A DNA stretch of 64,000 nucleotides from a virus (taxonomy: Duplodnaviria; Caudoviricetes). Made by a program: the position numbers and the translations under genes. Of this stretch, positions 54,623 through 63,635 are shown one piece after another (the first letter of the stretch is position 1; each line of letters starts with the position of its first letter). The notes under the pieces were generated by a model. The model ran no database searches. It worked only from the letters and a program-made list of their open reading frames with translations, and had not been told where the DNA came from. The stretch is taken from IMG/VR virus record IMGVR_UViG_2861295632_000001; one strand, written 5' to 3'.

Positions 54623-57397
54623 ATGTCCCGTGCGTCCCTGTCCCACCAAGACTTCGCCCAGCGCTGGCATGAGCGCGCCGCCAAGGGCAAAGAGTCTGCC
54701 GACTATCCGCTCCACTGGACCGACCTCTGCCGCCTGGTCGATCACCCGACGCCCCAGGAGGCTCCCCCGGAGTGGGACTACGGCTTCCAGCGGAGCGTGC
54801 GGAAGGTGGGGACCCGGGACCAGGGCTTCGCGGACGTGTTCAAGGCGGGGCACTTCATCGCGGAGTACAAGGGCTTCGGCAAGGACCTGGGCGCCGCGCT
54901 CCAGCAGGCCACGCTGTATGCCCGCGAGCTGGGCAGCCCGCCCCTGATCATCACCTCGGACATGAGCCGCATCGAGGTCAACACCGCCTTTACCGGCACC
55001 AGCCCCAAGACGTACCGGGTGACGCTCGACGACGTCGCCTCGAACCGCGTGATCGCCGGAAGTGATTTCCACGCGCTGGACGTGCTGCATTCGGCCCTCT
55101 GGAAACCCGAGACGCTCGACCCCAGGCTTCTGCGCGAGCGTGTCACGACGGACGCCACCCGGCGCATCGGGGCTGTGGCCCGCGCCCTGACGGCCCGGAC
55201 GAACGACCGGACGCGGTCCGCCCACCTGATGATGCGGCTGGTGTTCGCCATGTTCGCCGAGGACGTGGGCCTGCTCGAACGGGGGCTGCTGAGTCAGATC
55301 CTGGAACGCGCCCGGCAGTACCCCGAGCGCAGCCTGACCTACTTCCAGGAACTGTTCACGGCGATGCAGCACGGCGGCGAGTTCTGGGGCAAGGACGTCC
55401 GGCACTTCAACGGCGGGCTGTTCGACAGTGGGGACGCGCTCGCCATCACGGCGCAGGACGCGGAGGCGCTGCTGGCCGCCGCTCAGCTGGACTGGGCCGA
55501 GGTGGAACCCAGCATCTTCGGCGCGCTCTTCGAGGACAGCCTGGACACGGCGGTGCGCAGCAAGCGCGGCGCGCATTACACCAGCGTCACCGACATCGAG
55601 CGCATTGTGGACCGGGTCGTCCTGGAGCCGCTGTGGCGCGAGTGGCACGAGGTCAAGACGGAGATCGCCGTCCTGAAAAGGCCGCACAAGCGCGTGGAGC
55701 GCCTGCTGACGTTCCAGCAGCGCCTGGCGCAGGTGCGGGTGCTCGACCCGGCATGTGGCAGCGGGAATTTCCTGTTCGTCGCCCTGAAGAAACTGCTCGA
55801 TCTGGAGCACGAGGTCCGGGCAGCGGCGTTCGTGAACGAGGCGGGGCCGTTCGACATCCCGCCCCTGGTGCACCCCCGGCAGATGCTGGGGATCGAGATC
55901 GAGCCGTTCGCGCATGAGCTGGCGAGCATCACCCTCTGGATCGGGTACTTTCAGTGGAAGCGGGCGCACGGGGGAAACTGGGAGACGCCGGTCCTGCAAC
56001 GCCTGGACGGCCTTCAACGGCGGGACGCCCTGCTCACGCCAGAAGGGACGGAAGCCGCCTGGCCCGCGGCGGAGTTCATCGTGGGGAATCCACCGTTTCT
56101 GGGGGACAAGTTCATGCGCCAGCGCCTGGGCGGGGAGTACACCTTGGCCCTGCGCGGCGTGTACGGTGACCGGCTCCCGGCCCAGAGCGACCTGGCCTGC
56201 TACTGGCCGGAGAAGGCCCGGGCGGCCATCGCCGCAGGCAGCAGCCAGCGCGCGGGCTTCGTGGCGACCAACAGCATCCGGGGCGGCAAGAACCGGACGG
56301 TGCTGGAGCGCATCAAGGCGACGGGGGACCTGTTCATGGCCTGGCCGGACGAGCCGTGGGCACAGGACGGGGCGGCCGTGCGGGTCAGTCTCTTCGCTTT
56401 CGATGGCGGCCAGGAGCAGCTCAGGACCCTCAACGGTCAGGCGACCCCGGACATCAATGCGGACCTGAGTGCGCGGGCCGATGTGAACCGGGCCGAGCCG
56501 CTCGTGGAGAACCGGGGCACCGCGTTCGTCGGCGCCATGAAAAAGGGCAAGTTCGATATCCCTGGCGCCTTGGCCCGGCAGTGGCTGCAGCTGCCCAATC
56601 CAGACGGCGCCTGCAATGGGGACGTGCTCAAGCCGTGGGTGAACGGCATGGACCTTACGCGCACGCCCAGTGATCGGTGGATCGTCGATTTCAACCTGAT
56701 GACCCAGGCGGAAGCGGCGCGCTATCTGGCGCCCTACGAGTATGTCCGGACACAGGTCAAACCGGACCGTGACCGCGTCGCCAACCGGCTGGAGCGTGAG
56801 CGGTGGTGGCAGCACGCCCGGACCGCGCCGGATCTGCGGCAGGCGATTCAACCCCTGCCACGGTTCATCGGCATCCCACGGGTTGCCAAGCATCTGCTGC
56901 CCGTCTGGCTCACGCCTCCCCGGGTGGTCGACGGGCAGGTGGTCGTGGTGGCCCGCGACGACGACTTCACTTTCGGCGTGCTGGCGTCCAGCATCCACCG
57001 GACCTGGGCCAGGGCGCAGGGCACGTATATGGGGGTGGGCAACGACCTGCGCTACACTCCCTCCACCTGCTTCGAGACGTTCCCCTTCCCTCGCCCGGCT
57101 GGGGACCAGCGTGCGGAGGTCGAGAAGTGGGCACGCTACGTCGTGCAGCTGCGCGAACACCTGCTGGCTCAGGACGAGGGAGCGACCCTGACCGGCCTGT
57201 ACAACGCCGTCGCCCAGCTGCGCGCCGAGCCGGACGCCTCGCATCCCGCCGCCGCCCTGGCGACCGCCCACGACCGCCTGGACGCTTCGGTTGCCGCCGC
57301 GTATGGCTGGGAGTGGTCCCTGAGCGAGGACGAGGTGCTGGCCCGGCTGCTGGCGCTCAACCTGGAGCGCGCATCTGCGGTCACGGCTCCCGCCTGA
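54623..57397 (+). CDS. MmeI-like (type IIL/IIG) restriction-modification enzyme / DNA methyltransferase
   Basis: N-terminal FADVF...IAEYK nuclease-like motif; FNGGLF, GAHYT, LDPACGSGNFL, GNPPF, RYTPSTCFETFPFP. Confidence 0.9.
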   Translation: MSRASLSHQDFAQRWHERAAKGKESADYPLHWTDLCRLVDHPTPQEAPPEWDYGFQRSVRKVGTRDQGFADVFKAGHFIAEYKGFGKDLGAALQQATLYARELGSPPLIITSDMSRIEVNTAFTGTSPKTYRVTLDDVASNRVIAGSDFHALDVLHSALWKPETLDPRLLRERVTTDATRRIGAVARALTARTNDRTRSAHLMMRLVFAMFAEDVGLLERGLLSQILERARQYPERSLTYFQELFTAMQHGGEFWGKDVRHFNGGLFDSGDALAITAQDAEALLAAAQLDWAEVEPSIFGALFEDSLDTAVRSKRGAHYTSVTDIERIVDRVVLEPLWREWHEVKTEIAVLKRPHKRVERLLTFQQRLAQVRVLDPACGSGNFLFVALKKLLDLEHEVRAAAFVNEAGPFDIPPLVHPRQMLGIEIEPFAHELASITLWIGYFQWKRAHGGNWETPVLQRLDGLQRRDALLTPEGTEAAWPAAEFIVGNPPFLGDKFMRQRLGGEYTLALRGVYGDRLPAQSDLACYWPEKARAAIAAGSSQRAGFVATNSIRGGKNRTVLERIKATGDLFMAWPDEPWAQDGAAVRVSLFAFDGGQEQLRTLNGQATPDINADLSARADVNRAEPLVENRGTAFVGAMKKGKFDIPGALARQWLQLPNPDGACNGDVLKPWVNGMDLTRTPSDRWIVDFNLMTQAEAARYLAPYEYVRTQVKPDRDRVANRLERERWWQHARTAPDLRQAIQPLPRFIGIPRVAKHLLPVWLTPPRVVDGQVVVVARDDDFTFGVLASSIHRTWARAQGTYMGVGNDLRYTPSTCFETFPFPRPAGDQRAEVEKWARYVVQLREHLLAQDEGATLTGLYNAVAQLRAEPDASHPAAALATAHDRLDASVAAAYGWEWSLSEDEVLARLLALNLERASAVTAPA

Positions 57398-57416
57398 GCC
57401 GGGTACCCTGCTCCGC

Positions 57417-57665
57417 ATGACGGACCGCGAGCGTCACGACGCTGCCAACGCCGAGCAGGTCCGGCTGCTGCGCGAAGCTCTCGCTGAAGCTCCGGCCGAA
57501 CCGAGGCCAGAGGACACAGAGCGGCCACCTCCTCTGGTCGCCGTCTTCGCCTGCTTGTTTGCAGCCCTCGGGCTAGGCCTGAACCTGCTGGGATATGGCG
57601 GTGAGGTCGAGGCGTTGGTGCCTGCGCTATGGCTGGGCGGGATGGTCGTGCTGGGGCTGGCTTAG
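57417..57665 (+). CDS. small two-TM membrane protein
   Basis: TACCCT-N7-ATG; two hydrophobic segments. Confidence 0.6.
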   Translation: MTDRERHDAANAEQVRLLREALAEAPAEPRPEDTERPPPLVAVFACLFAALGLGLNLLGYGGEVEALVPALWLGGMVVLGLA

Positions 57666-57831
57666 GCGGTGTAGGGGCGGCAAGCCTCGGACAACACGAG
57701 CCGTTTTGGCCCCCTCTCGCCCCAGCCGAAACCGAGAGGGTCGGTCGTTTTTTGCGCTTGAGACGATGTTTTACCATACGGTGGGCAAATATGTAAACTC
57801 ACATTACGAACTGCGTTACTGTAGGAACATA

Positions 57832-58572
57832 ATGGCTAGCCCACAGACAGGAATTGAATGGACAGACCGGACGTGGAACCCCACCACCGGCTGTAACAAG
57901 GTCAGCCCTGGCTGCCAGTTCTGTTACGCTGAGAGCGTAGCGCATCGGTTTACCAACCATTTTCCAACTGGCTTCGAGTTCAAAGTTCGCCGGGAACGCC
58001 TCAACCAGCCCAAGAGTTGGCGGGCCCCCAGCAGAATTTTTGTGGATTCTATGAGTGATCTATTTCATGAGTCCATGCCATTGGACTACCTTCAAGAGAT
58101 TTTCGAGGTCATGAGGGAATGCCCACGACACGTCTTCCAAATTTTGACCAAGCGTGAAAAGAGACTGGCAGAGTTGGCTCCACGACTGACCTGGCCTGAG
58201 AACGTCTGGCTCGGGGTCTCCGTAGAGAACCAGAAGTACACCAGACGAATCGACGTTTTGCGGGAGGTCCCGGCCCACGTCCGCTTCCTTTCCTGCGAAC
58301 CACTTCTTGGGCCGTTGGATCTCGATCTCACAGGCATCCAGTGGGTCATCACAGGGGGCGAGTCAGGTCGAAAGCATCGTCCTATCGAGGAGCAGTGGGT
58401 GCTGGATATTCGGGAGCAGTGTCGAGAGGCAGGGGTGGCCTTTTTCCACAAGCAATGGGGAGGCATCACCCCCAAGTCTCGTGGCCGACTGGTCGAAGGT
58501 CAGACCTACGACGAAATGCCGCTTGCATGGGCAGAACACCAAGCGCGGTTCATGCCTACCGCTTCAATCTGA
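57832..58572 (+). CDS. DUF5131 (phage Gp37/Gp68) three-Cys radical-SAM-like protein
   Basis: IEWTD.TWNP.TGC.KVSPGC.FCYA, IFVDSMSDLFH, QILTKR, FLSCEPLLG, WVITGGESG; start ATG 57832. Confidence 0.92.
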   Translation: MASPQTGIEWTDRTWNPTTGCNKVSPGCQFCYAESVAHRFTNHFPTGFEFKVRRERLNQPKSWRAPSRIFVDSMSDLFHESMPLDYLQEIFEVMRECPRHVFQILTKREKRLAELAPRLTWPENVWLGVSVENQKYTRRIDVLREVPAHVRFLSCEPLLGPLDLDLTGIQWVITGGESGRKHRPIEEQWVLDIREQCREAGVAFFHKQWGGITPKSRGRLVEGQTYDEMPLAWAEHQARFMPTASI

Positions 58573-59677
58573 TCCTATCTTTCTCCTCGATCACGAGGCC
58601 GAGCTTCCGAATTCTGCCGGGCCTCGTGATCTCAATTCTGCCCTCTCGCTCCAGGTCTTGAAACACGCGTCGGATTTCTCCATCCCACGTCAGATTGTCC
58701 TCCCAACGTCGTTGCCAGATCTCTCCAGCAACAGTCAGAGCGTCCATCTCTCCACGGGATTGCAGTAGATCCAGAACTAGGTCAGATGTCGGGTCCTGCT
58801 GTGTCATCATAAAAAACAGGGGTTCAATAGTCCCCAGATTAACGCCCTTCAAAACGGCAGTAGCTCTACGCTTAACTGCTGTCTCCATTTCGAATCTCGC
58901 CTTTGGGCTAGTCGAAAGGTGAACAAGATGATATATGCTTGAGCCATTTTGATCTCCCTTAATACCAATTGGGAAAACGATCAGATTGTGAATTCCCTGT
59001 TCCTTAGCAGCCTTAAGAAGGTTGGTACAATAGAGACGCACTACCTTCTCCTGCGTTTTTTCGTCCTTAACCTCTGAAATATCACGCCATTCCGGTCCGC
59101 CAAAAACCTTATCGTTCAGCGCTGCTTTGCCATCCACGCTGAGAAACCGATTGATCCATGAACTCATGAAGGTAGCAAATGACTCCGTACGGGGCCTCTT
59201 AAGGATGCTAATAACAGTATCTATGTCTACGCCATCATATCCAAATGGATCAATGAAAACGAATGTTGGCTCCCCTGATGGAATGGCTTGCAAGATTGGG
59301 TCAATTTGATCTGCGAAGGACTTATTATAGAGATTGATTCGAATGCTAGGGCATTGGGGGCGGGCTTTAGTCACCTCCTGGCTGAGGGAAAGGTAATTTT
59401 CCGGCTCCAGTTCGACAGCGTAGACACGCAACCTGGCGTTGCCATTCGTAAAGCCGTACAGCTCTTCGCCTGTCCGCATGGCGATGATCGGTGAGCCCGG
59501 TTCCCCACCCTGATAGACCCCCCGGCCAGCGAAGCCGTCTACAAAGTGAAAAGTGGTGGGCTGCCTCCGCCCCTGAACTGCCATATATGCCTTGAGGTAG
59601 TGCTCCAGAATCTGGTGTTTGACCTCGGTCTGCCGCTTCATCATCCAGCGCTTCGGGTCGGTATTGTCCTTTGTCAT
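58556..59677 (-). CDS. tcmP: three-Cys-motif partner protein (TcmP, methyltransferase-like fold)
   Basis: TEVKH.IL..YL, FVDGFAGRG, GSPIIA, FVFIDPFG; adjacent to DUF5131; low GC. Confidence 0.88.
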   Translation of the reverse strand: MTKDNTDPKRWMMKRQTEVKHQILEHYLKAYMAVQGRRQPTTFHFVDGFAGRGVYQGGEPGSPIIAMRTGEELYGFTNGNARLRVYAVELEPENYLSLSQEVTKARPQCPSIRINLYNKSFADQIDPILQAIPSGEPTFVFIDPFGYDGVDIDTVISILKRPRTESFATFMSSWINRFLSVDGKAALNDKVFGGPEWRDISEVKDEKTQEKVVRLYCTNLLKAAKEQGIHNLIVFPIGIKGDQNGSSIYHLVHLSTSPKARFEMETAVKRRATAVLKGVNLGTIEPLFFMMTQQDPTSDLVLDLLQSRGEMDALTVAGEIWQRRWEDNLTWDGEIRRVFQDLEREGRIEITRPGRIRKLGLVIEEKDRIRLKR

Positions 59678-59906
59678 GGCTTCTCCAGGAAGATAGAAAG
59701 CTCGCTAGGGCGGGAACAGATGGATTCGAAAACTGTACGGCACCCCAGGAAGATCTGCACACGAATGTGTGGTCTATACCCCCAACGCCTGCAAGAGCTA
59801 CACGCGGGGGCGAGAAATCTATTAACCCGAACTGCCAAATTGCGTCAAAATGTACAAGCGACTGACGCTAACAAGCATGCCAGCCAGTCAGGGCGAAGGC
59901 GGATTC

Positions 59907-60122
59907 ATGAGCGAATTTCTTCCTGGCAAGCCGCTACCCGACATTGACACTGTGAACCTGGAGGAACGGCGGCTCTACCACCATGTCACCCCCTCGGGGG
60001 TCGCCATCACCGTCTAACGGGAGGTGACGCTCTGGCGCTGGCGGCTTCTACGAGGTGTAGAAGCAGACGGTTACGGCGAGGGCAGTATGGAAGAGTTCAA
60101 GGCCTGGCTGGAGGGGCTTTAG
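59907..60122 (+). pseudogene. interrupted paralogue of the 54055-54264 protein
   Basis: MSEFLPGKPLP...EERRLYH...V*RE..LWRWRLLRG.EADGYGEG...F.AWL; in-frame TAA at 60015-60017. Confidence 0.75.
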
Positions 60123-60252
60123 CGACCACGTGAGTCGGAGGCTTGGCTGGCAAGGGGACAGGTTACCCACAGGGTTGCGACGCGCCCCCTGCATCCAGCT
60201 CGACTTCGCACCTCTCGTGTACAGCCCGCATGGCTCAGGGTACCCTTCCTCC

Positions 60253-60519
60253 ATGCGCCCCGCCGACCTGACCCCTATCGAGATCGCGGACCTGCTCGAC
60301 GCCGCCTACCGGCAGGACCTGGGCCTGCAGGACGGTGGCCCTGATCCCGAGAAGCGCGCTGCGCTGGCCGACTACCTCGGCTGCCACGAGGAGGCGCGCG
60401 ACGAGGCCTGGGCCGCGTGGACAGATCTGCTGGAGAACGACCTGGAGATGGACGTCGGCGAGGCCGCCTACTGGCTGGACGTCGAGTTTGTGGAGCCGTG
60501 CCCGGAAAATCAGCCCTAA
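60253..60519 (+). CDS. acidic hypothetical protein, leaderless
   Basis: TACCCT-N6-ATG 60253; codon bias. Confidence 0.7.
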   Translation: MRPADLTPIEIADLLDAAYRQDLGLQDGGPDPEKRAALADYLGCHEEARDEAWAAWTDLLENDLEMDVGEAAYWLDVEFVEPCPENQP

Positions 60520-60603
60520 ATCAAGGCCGGATCTGCTCTATCAACCCCGGGCTGACTGACGACTGTAGGAAGCAAGTCAGTGCGTATTCGCTAGCGTGCG
60601 GAA

Positions 60604-61215
60604 ATGGCAAGACGCAGGAGACGCTCGAAAAAGGCGAAGAAGGATGAAGCGGCTGGTGGCGCCCTCTTGGTAGCGGCAGTGGGAATCTTCTGGATCGGCA
60701 GCTGGATAGCTAGCCTCTCGCTCTGGGTTTCCATCCCACTGGGCGTACTTGTGATCACAGCCGCAGTGCTAATCATCAAAGCCGTCCATGACCGCAACCG
60801 TAAACGCACGCTGGCACTTCAGGACCTGCGCGCGCTCAGTCCGCGAGAACTGGAGTTACATGTCGCTCAGGTTATTTCTGCGCTTCCAGGGTGGCGGGCG
60901 GATGCCACACGGGGCAGCAGCGACCAGGGTGCCGACGTCATCGCGGTGAGCCCCCGGGGAGCGCGAGTGGCCATTCAGGTCAAGCACTACACGGGCAACG
61001 TCGGAAATGCAGCGGTGCAGGAGATCGTCGCCTCGAAGGCCCTGTACCGCTGCGTCCACGCGGCCGTGGTCACGAGTGGGCCAGGCTACACCCGCGCGGC
61101 GCAGGAGTTAGCCCGGGCAAACAGTGTCGTCCTCTGGGGACCGGAGGCGCTCTTTCAGCTTCAGGCAGCAGCGCAAGCAGGGACGGCCCCAAGCCCGGCG
61201 GTGCTGCCCGGATGA
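60604..61215 (+). CDS. Mrr-like restriction endonuclease domain with N-terminal TM segments
   Basis: LSPRELE, DQGADVIA, AIQVKHY, VGNAAVQE, YT.AA.ELA; TAGCGT-N6-ATG. Confidence 0.88.
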   Translation: MARRRRRSKKAKKDEAAGGALLVAAVGIFWIGSWIASLSLWVSIPLGVLVITAAVLIIKAVHDRNRKRTLALQDLRALSPRELELHVAQVISALPGWRADATRGSSDQGADVIAVSPRGARVAIQVKHYTGNVGNAAVQEIVASKALYRCVHAAVVTSGPGYTRAAQELARANSVVLWGPEALFQLQAAAQAGTAPSPAVLPG

Positions 61216-61458
61216 GCACTTCCTGGCTCCTTCATCGCCCCGCATAAGGGGGCACTGCCCAGAACACCAAAGTCAGGGCCCACTCTCCAGCTTGGAGCGG
61301 GCCTCTTGAGTTCGCCTCAGCACCTTGGGAGGCTGCTGCTCCGCGTCGGCGTGGTTTGAGCATAAACGGGCGTTAAACCCGCTGCTGCACGCCTTTACGG
61401 AGTGTGAAGCCATCGCCGCCAGTCCCGCCCGAGTTGCCGCTGTTCAGTCTGACCGAAC

Positions 61459-61562
61459 ACACCGTCTAGGACGGTGTTTTTCCAATTTCGGAGACTTTAC
61501 TTCCCGACCTCCGACCTTCAGACTGCAGACATCCAAGAAGGCGAAAACGCCGTCTAGAACGG
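61459..61562. promoter_or_regulatory. two copies of an operator-like dyad CCGTCTAGRACGG
   Basis: ACACCGTC-TAG-GACGGTGT (61459-77) and CCGTCTAGAACGG (61550-62, abutting the SD). Confidence 0.5.
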
Positions 61563-61573
61563 AGGAAACCACT

Positions 61574-62365
61574 ATGACCAAGCTCCCCGTGACCGCCGCC
61601 GACAAAGACGCCCTGATCGCCTCCGCTGCCGCAGTCGGCATCAAGGTCACCCGGACCAGCAAGGACTTCTTCCTCGAAGACGGCGACGACAAGGCGCGCG
61701 TCACACCCACTGAGATCAAGCGGCTGATCGCCGACGCCCAGCTCCAGGCCGCACACGAGGAAGACGAGCGGGCAGAGGCGCTGGCGCTAGCCGACGAGAT
61801 CCGCGAACAGGAAGCAAGCGGCGACGTAACGGATGAGGTCGAGGTGCTGCCCGGGGAGGCGCCCGCACTCCAGTCCGTGCCGGTCGAGGAGGCCGTCGAG
61901 GCACCCGCCGATCCCAAGACTTCCAACCACGCTCAGCGAGTGGGCGGCCTGCGTCCGATCAAGGAAGCCAAGCCGAAGACCGAGAAGGCTGCGAAGGTGG
62001 TCGTGAAGTGGGGTCCGCCCTGCGGCGGTGACCTGGGGGGCGTGCCCGCCGCGCTGCACGAGGAAGGACGCAACCCCATCGTGCACTTGAGCTTCACGCC
62101 CGCCTCGACGCACAAGAACAAGGAGGAAGCCGCGGCGGCCGCGCGGCGTGGCAGCACGGCGGGCTGGCTGGCCGCCCTTGCCCAGGACGTCGATGGCACG
62201 CAGTTCTGGATCGTAGCCACCACCAACGAGCGCGGCAACCTGGTGCTCGACGGCCAAGAGGTCCGGCTGGAGCTGCTGACCGGCAAGGAGGCCGAGACGT
62301 ACCGCGAGAAGGTCAAGAACGCTCGCTTTAAGACCAAGAGCCAGTGGGTCGCCCAGGCGATCTGA
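61574..62365 (+). CDS. hypothetical protein
   Basis: GGAGG SD then ATG 61574; strong codon bias. Confidence 0.75.
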   Translation: MTKLPVTAADKDALIASAAAVGIKVTRTSKDFFLEDGDDKARVTPTEIKRLIADAQLQAAHEEDERAEALALADEIREQEASGDVTDEVEVLPGEAPALQSVPVEEAVEAPADPKTSNHAQRVGGLRPIKEAKPKTEKAAKVVVKWGPPCGGDLGGVPAALHEEGRNPIVHLSFTPASTHKNKEEAAAAARRGSTAGWLAALAQDVDGTQFWIVATTNERGNLVLDGQEVRLELLTGKEAETYREKVKNARFKTKSQWVAQAI

Positions 62366-62412
62366 ACCCGCAGTAACGGCCCCGGCTGTAACCGGGGCCA
62401 GGAGGTTTCGAG

Positions 62413-62655
62413 ATGCCCGCCCAACTCACCCAGCCGCACGTCCAGGCCTTCGACCTCGTCAACTGGCACGTTGAGGACAGCTACCAGCGCGTCGAAGTCA
62501 CCGGTCCCCATAGCCTGACCAACCTCACCCTCAGAATCGCTGGGGAGCGCCTGACCTACGCCGAGGCCCACGCCCTGGCCACAAGCGCCTGGACGACCGG
62601 CAAATGGGGGGAGTGGGAGTGCAACGGGATCACCGTCGAACCCAGCTGGAGTTGA
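62413..62655 (+). CDS. hypothetical protein
   Basis: AGGAGGT SD. Confidence 0.65.
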   Translation: MPAQLTQPHVQAFDLVNWHVEDSYQRVEVTGPHSLTNLTLRIAGERLTYAEAHALATSAWTTGKWGEWECNGITVEPSWS

Positions 62656-62668
62656 GCCAGCACACAGG

Positions 62669-62704
62669 AAAGCCCCCGCCCAGCTTCGACTAGGGCGGGG
62701 GCTT
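62669..62704. terminator. bidirectional terminator-like hairpin between convergent genes
   Basis: AAGCCCCCGCCC...GGGCGGGGGCTT. Confidence 0.7.
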
Positions 62705-62741
62705 CAGCGTTGTTCACAGGAGCCTGTGGATGACCTCGCTG

Positions 62742-63635
62742 TCAACCGCTGGTGGACACGTCCTCGTCCGGGCGGCGCAGCTCGTTGGGCCTGGCCATCA
62801 TCTGCATCCCCCGGGCGCCGCCCTCCAGAATCTTCACGCGGACGTTCTTGGGGCCGACCCGCAGGACCTCGACCTTCCCGTACCGGCTGCTGAGCAGCAC
62901 GTCGCCCTTCTTGTAGCTGGAAGAGGGGGCGAAAGGCGCGGGTGCCAGCCCCTCCAACCGGGCACGCTCGAAGGCCAGCCGCAACTCCAGGTGCTCGGCC
63001 CAGCGGCGCCAGTGGGCCGCACTCCGGTCCCACGATGCCTGCCGATCCGGCGTGGGTGGACGCGCCTCCAGATCCGCGAGCGACCGCTGCACCCGCCGCA
63101 GCTCCGCCTCCAGCTTCTCGATCCGGCGCCGAACCACGCCAGGGTCCGACTTCTGCCGGGCACGTCGCTCGACACCTGCCGCCCGCTGCTGCCAGTACTC
63201 GGCCTTGCGGCCCTCCTCCACCGCCTTTCGCATGTTCTGTTCACTGCGTTCGATGGCCCGGCGGTGCCGCCCCTCCGAGTGGTGCCCGACCTTGATCGGC
63301 TCGCCCATCGGGGGCAGGCCTGCGGACGCGGCCTGGCGCCTCTCCCCTGCCCGCCCTTCGGCAGCAGCGGCGCGGCCCGCGAAGCGGGTGAGCCTGGCGT
63401 CCGGGTCGTCGGGGTCGGTCTCGTGCTCGATGGATTCCACGAACTCCAGCAGGAAGTCCTCGCGTTCGGGCGTCCAGGTGGCGACCCAGGCCTCCGACCC
63501 GCGCCACCACCGGAACCCGGCCTCACGGGTCCGGGCGTACTCGTTGGCGTCCAGGCGGGCGCCGGGCGTCCAGCGCAGGGTGTCATCCTCAACGTTGTAA
63601 ACCGCCGTGCCCAGCGGCTCGCGCTCGCCGGTCAT
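62742..63635 (-). CDS. DUF3560 domain protein
   Basis: YNVEDDTLR, GFRW, PMGEPIKVGHHSEGRHRR, RRIEKLEAE.R; ATG 63635 coupled to the upstream stop. Confidence 0.85.
   Translation of the reverse strand: MTGEREPLGTAVYNVEDDTLRWTPGARLDANEYARTREAGFRWWRGSEAWVATWTPEREDFLLEFVESIEHETDPDDPDARLTRFAGRAAAAEGRAGERRQAASAGLPPMGEPIKVGHHSEGRHRRAIERSEQNMRKAVEEGRKAEYWQQRAAGVERRARQKSDPGVVRRRIEKLEAELRRVQRSLADLEARPPTPDRQASWDRSAAHWRRWAEHLELRLAFERARLEGLAPAPFAPSSSYKKGDVLLSSRYGKVEVLRVGPKNVRVKILEGGARGMQMMARPNELRRPDEDVSTSG

Noticed and set aside
54554-57418. 954-aa minus-strand ORF and similar long antisense ORFs (e.g. 30570-32939, 37247-39394, 11572-13497)
   Set aside because: Shadow frames of motif-bearing plus-strand genes in high-GC DNA; no recognisable motifs.
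57816-57832. TTACTGTAGGAACATAA resembling the Deinococcus DdrO/RDRM site
   Set aside because: Right half fits but the left half lacks the conserved G; not supportable without a PWM scan.
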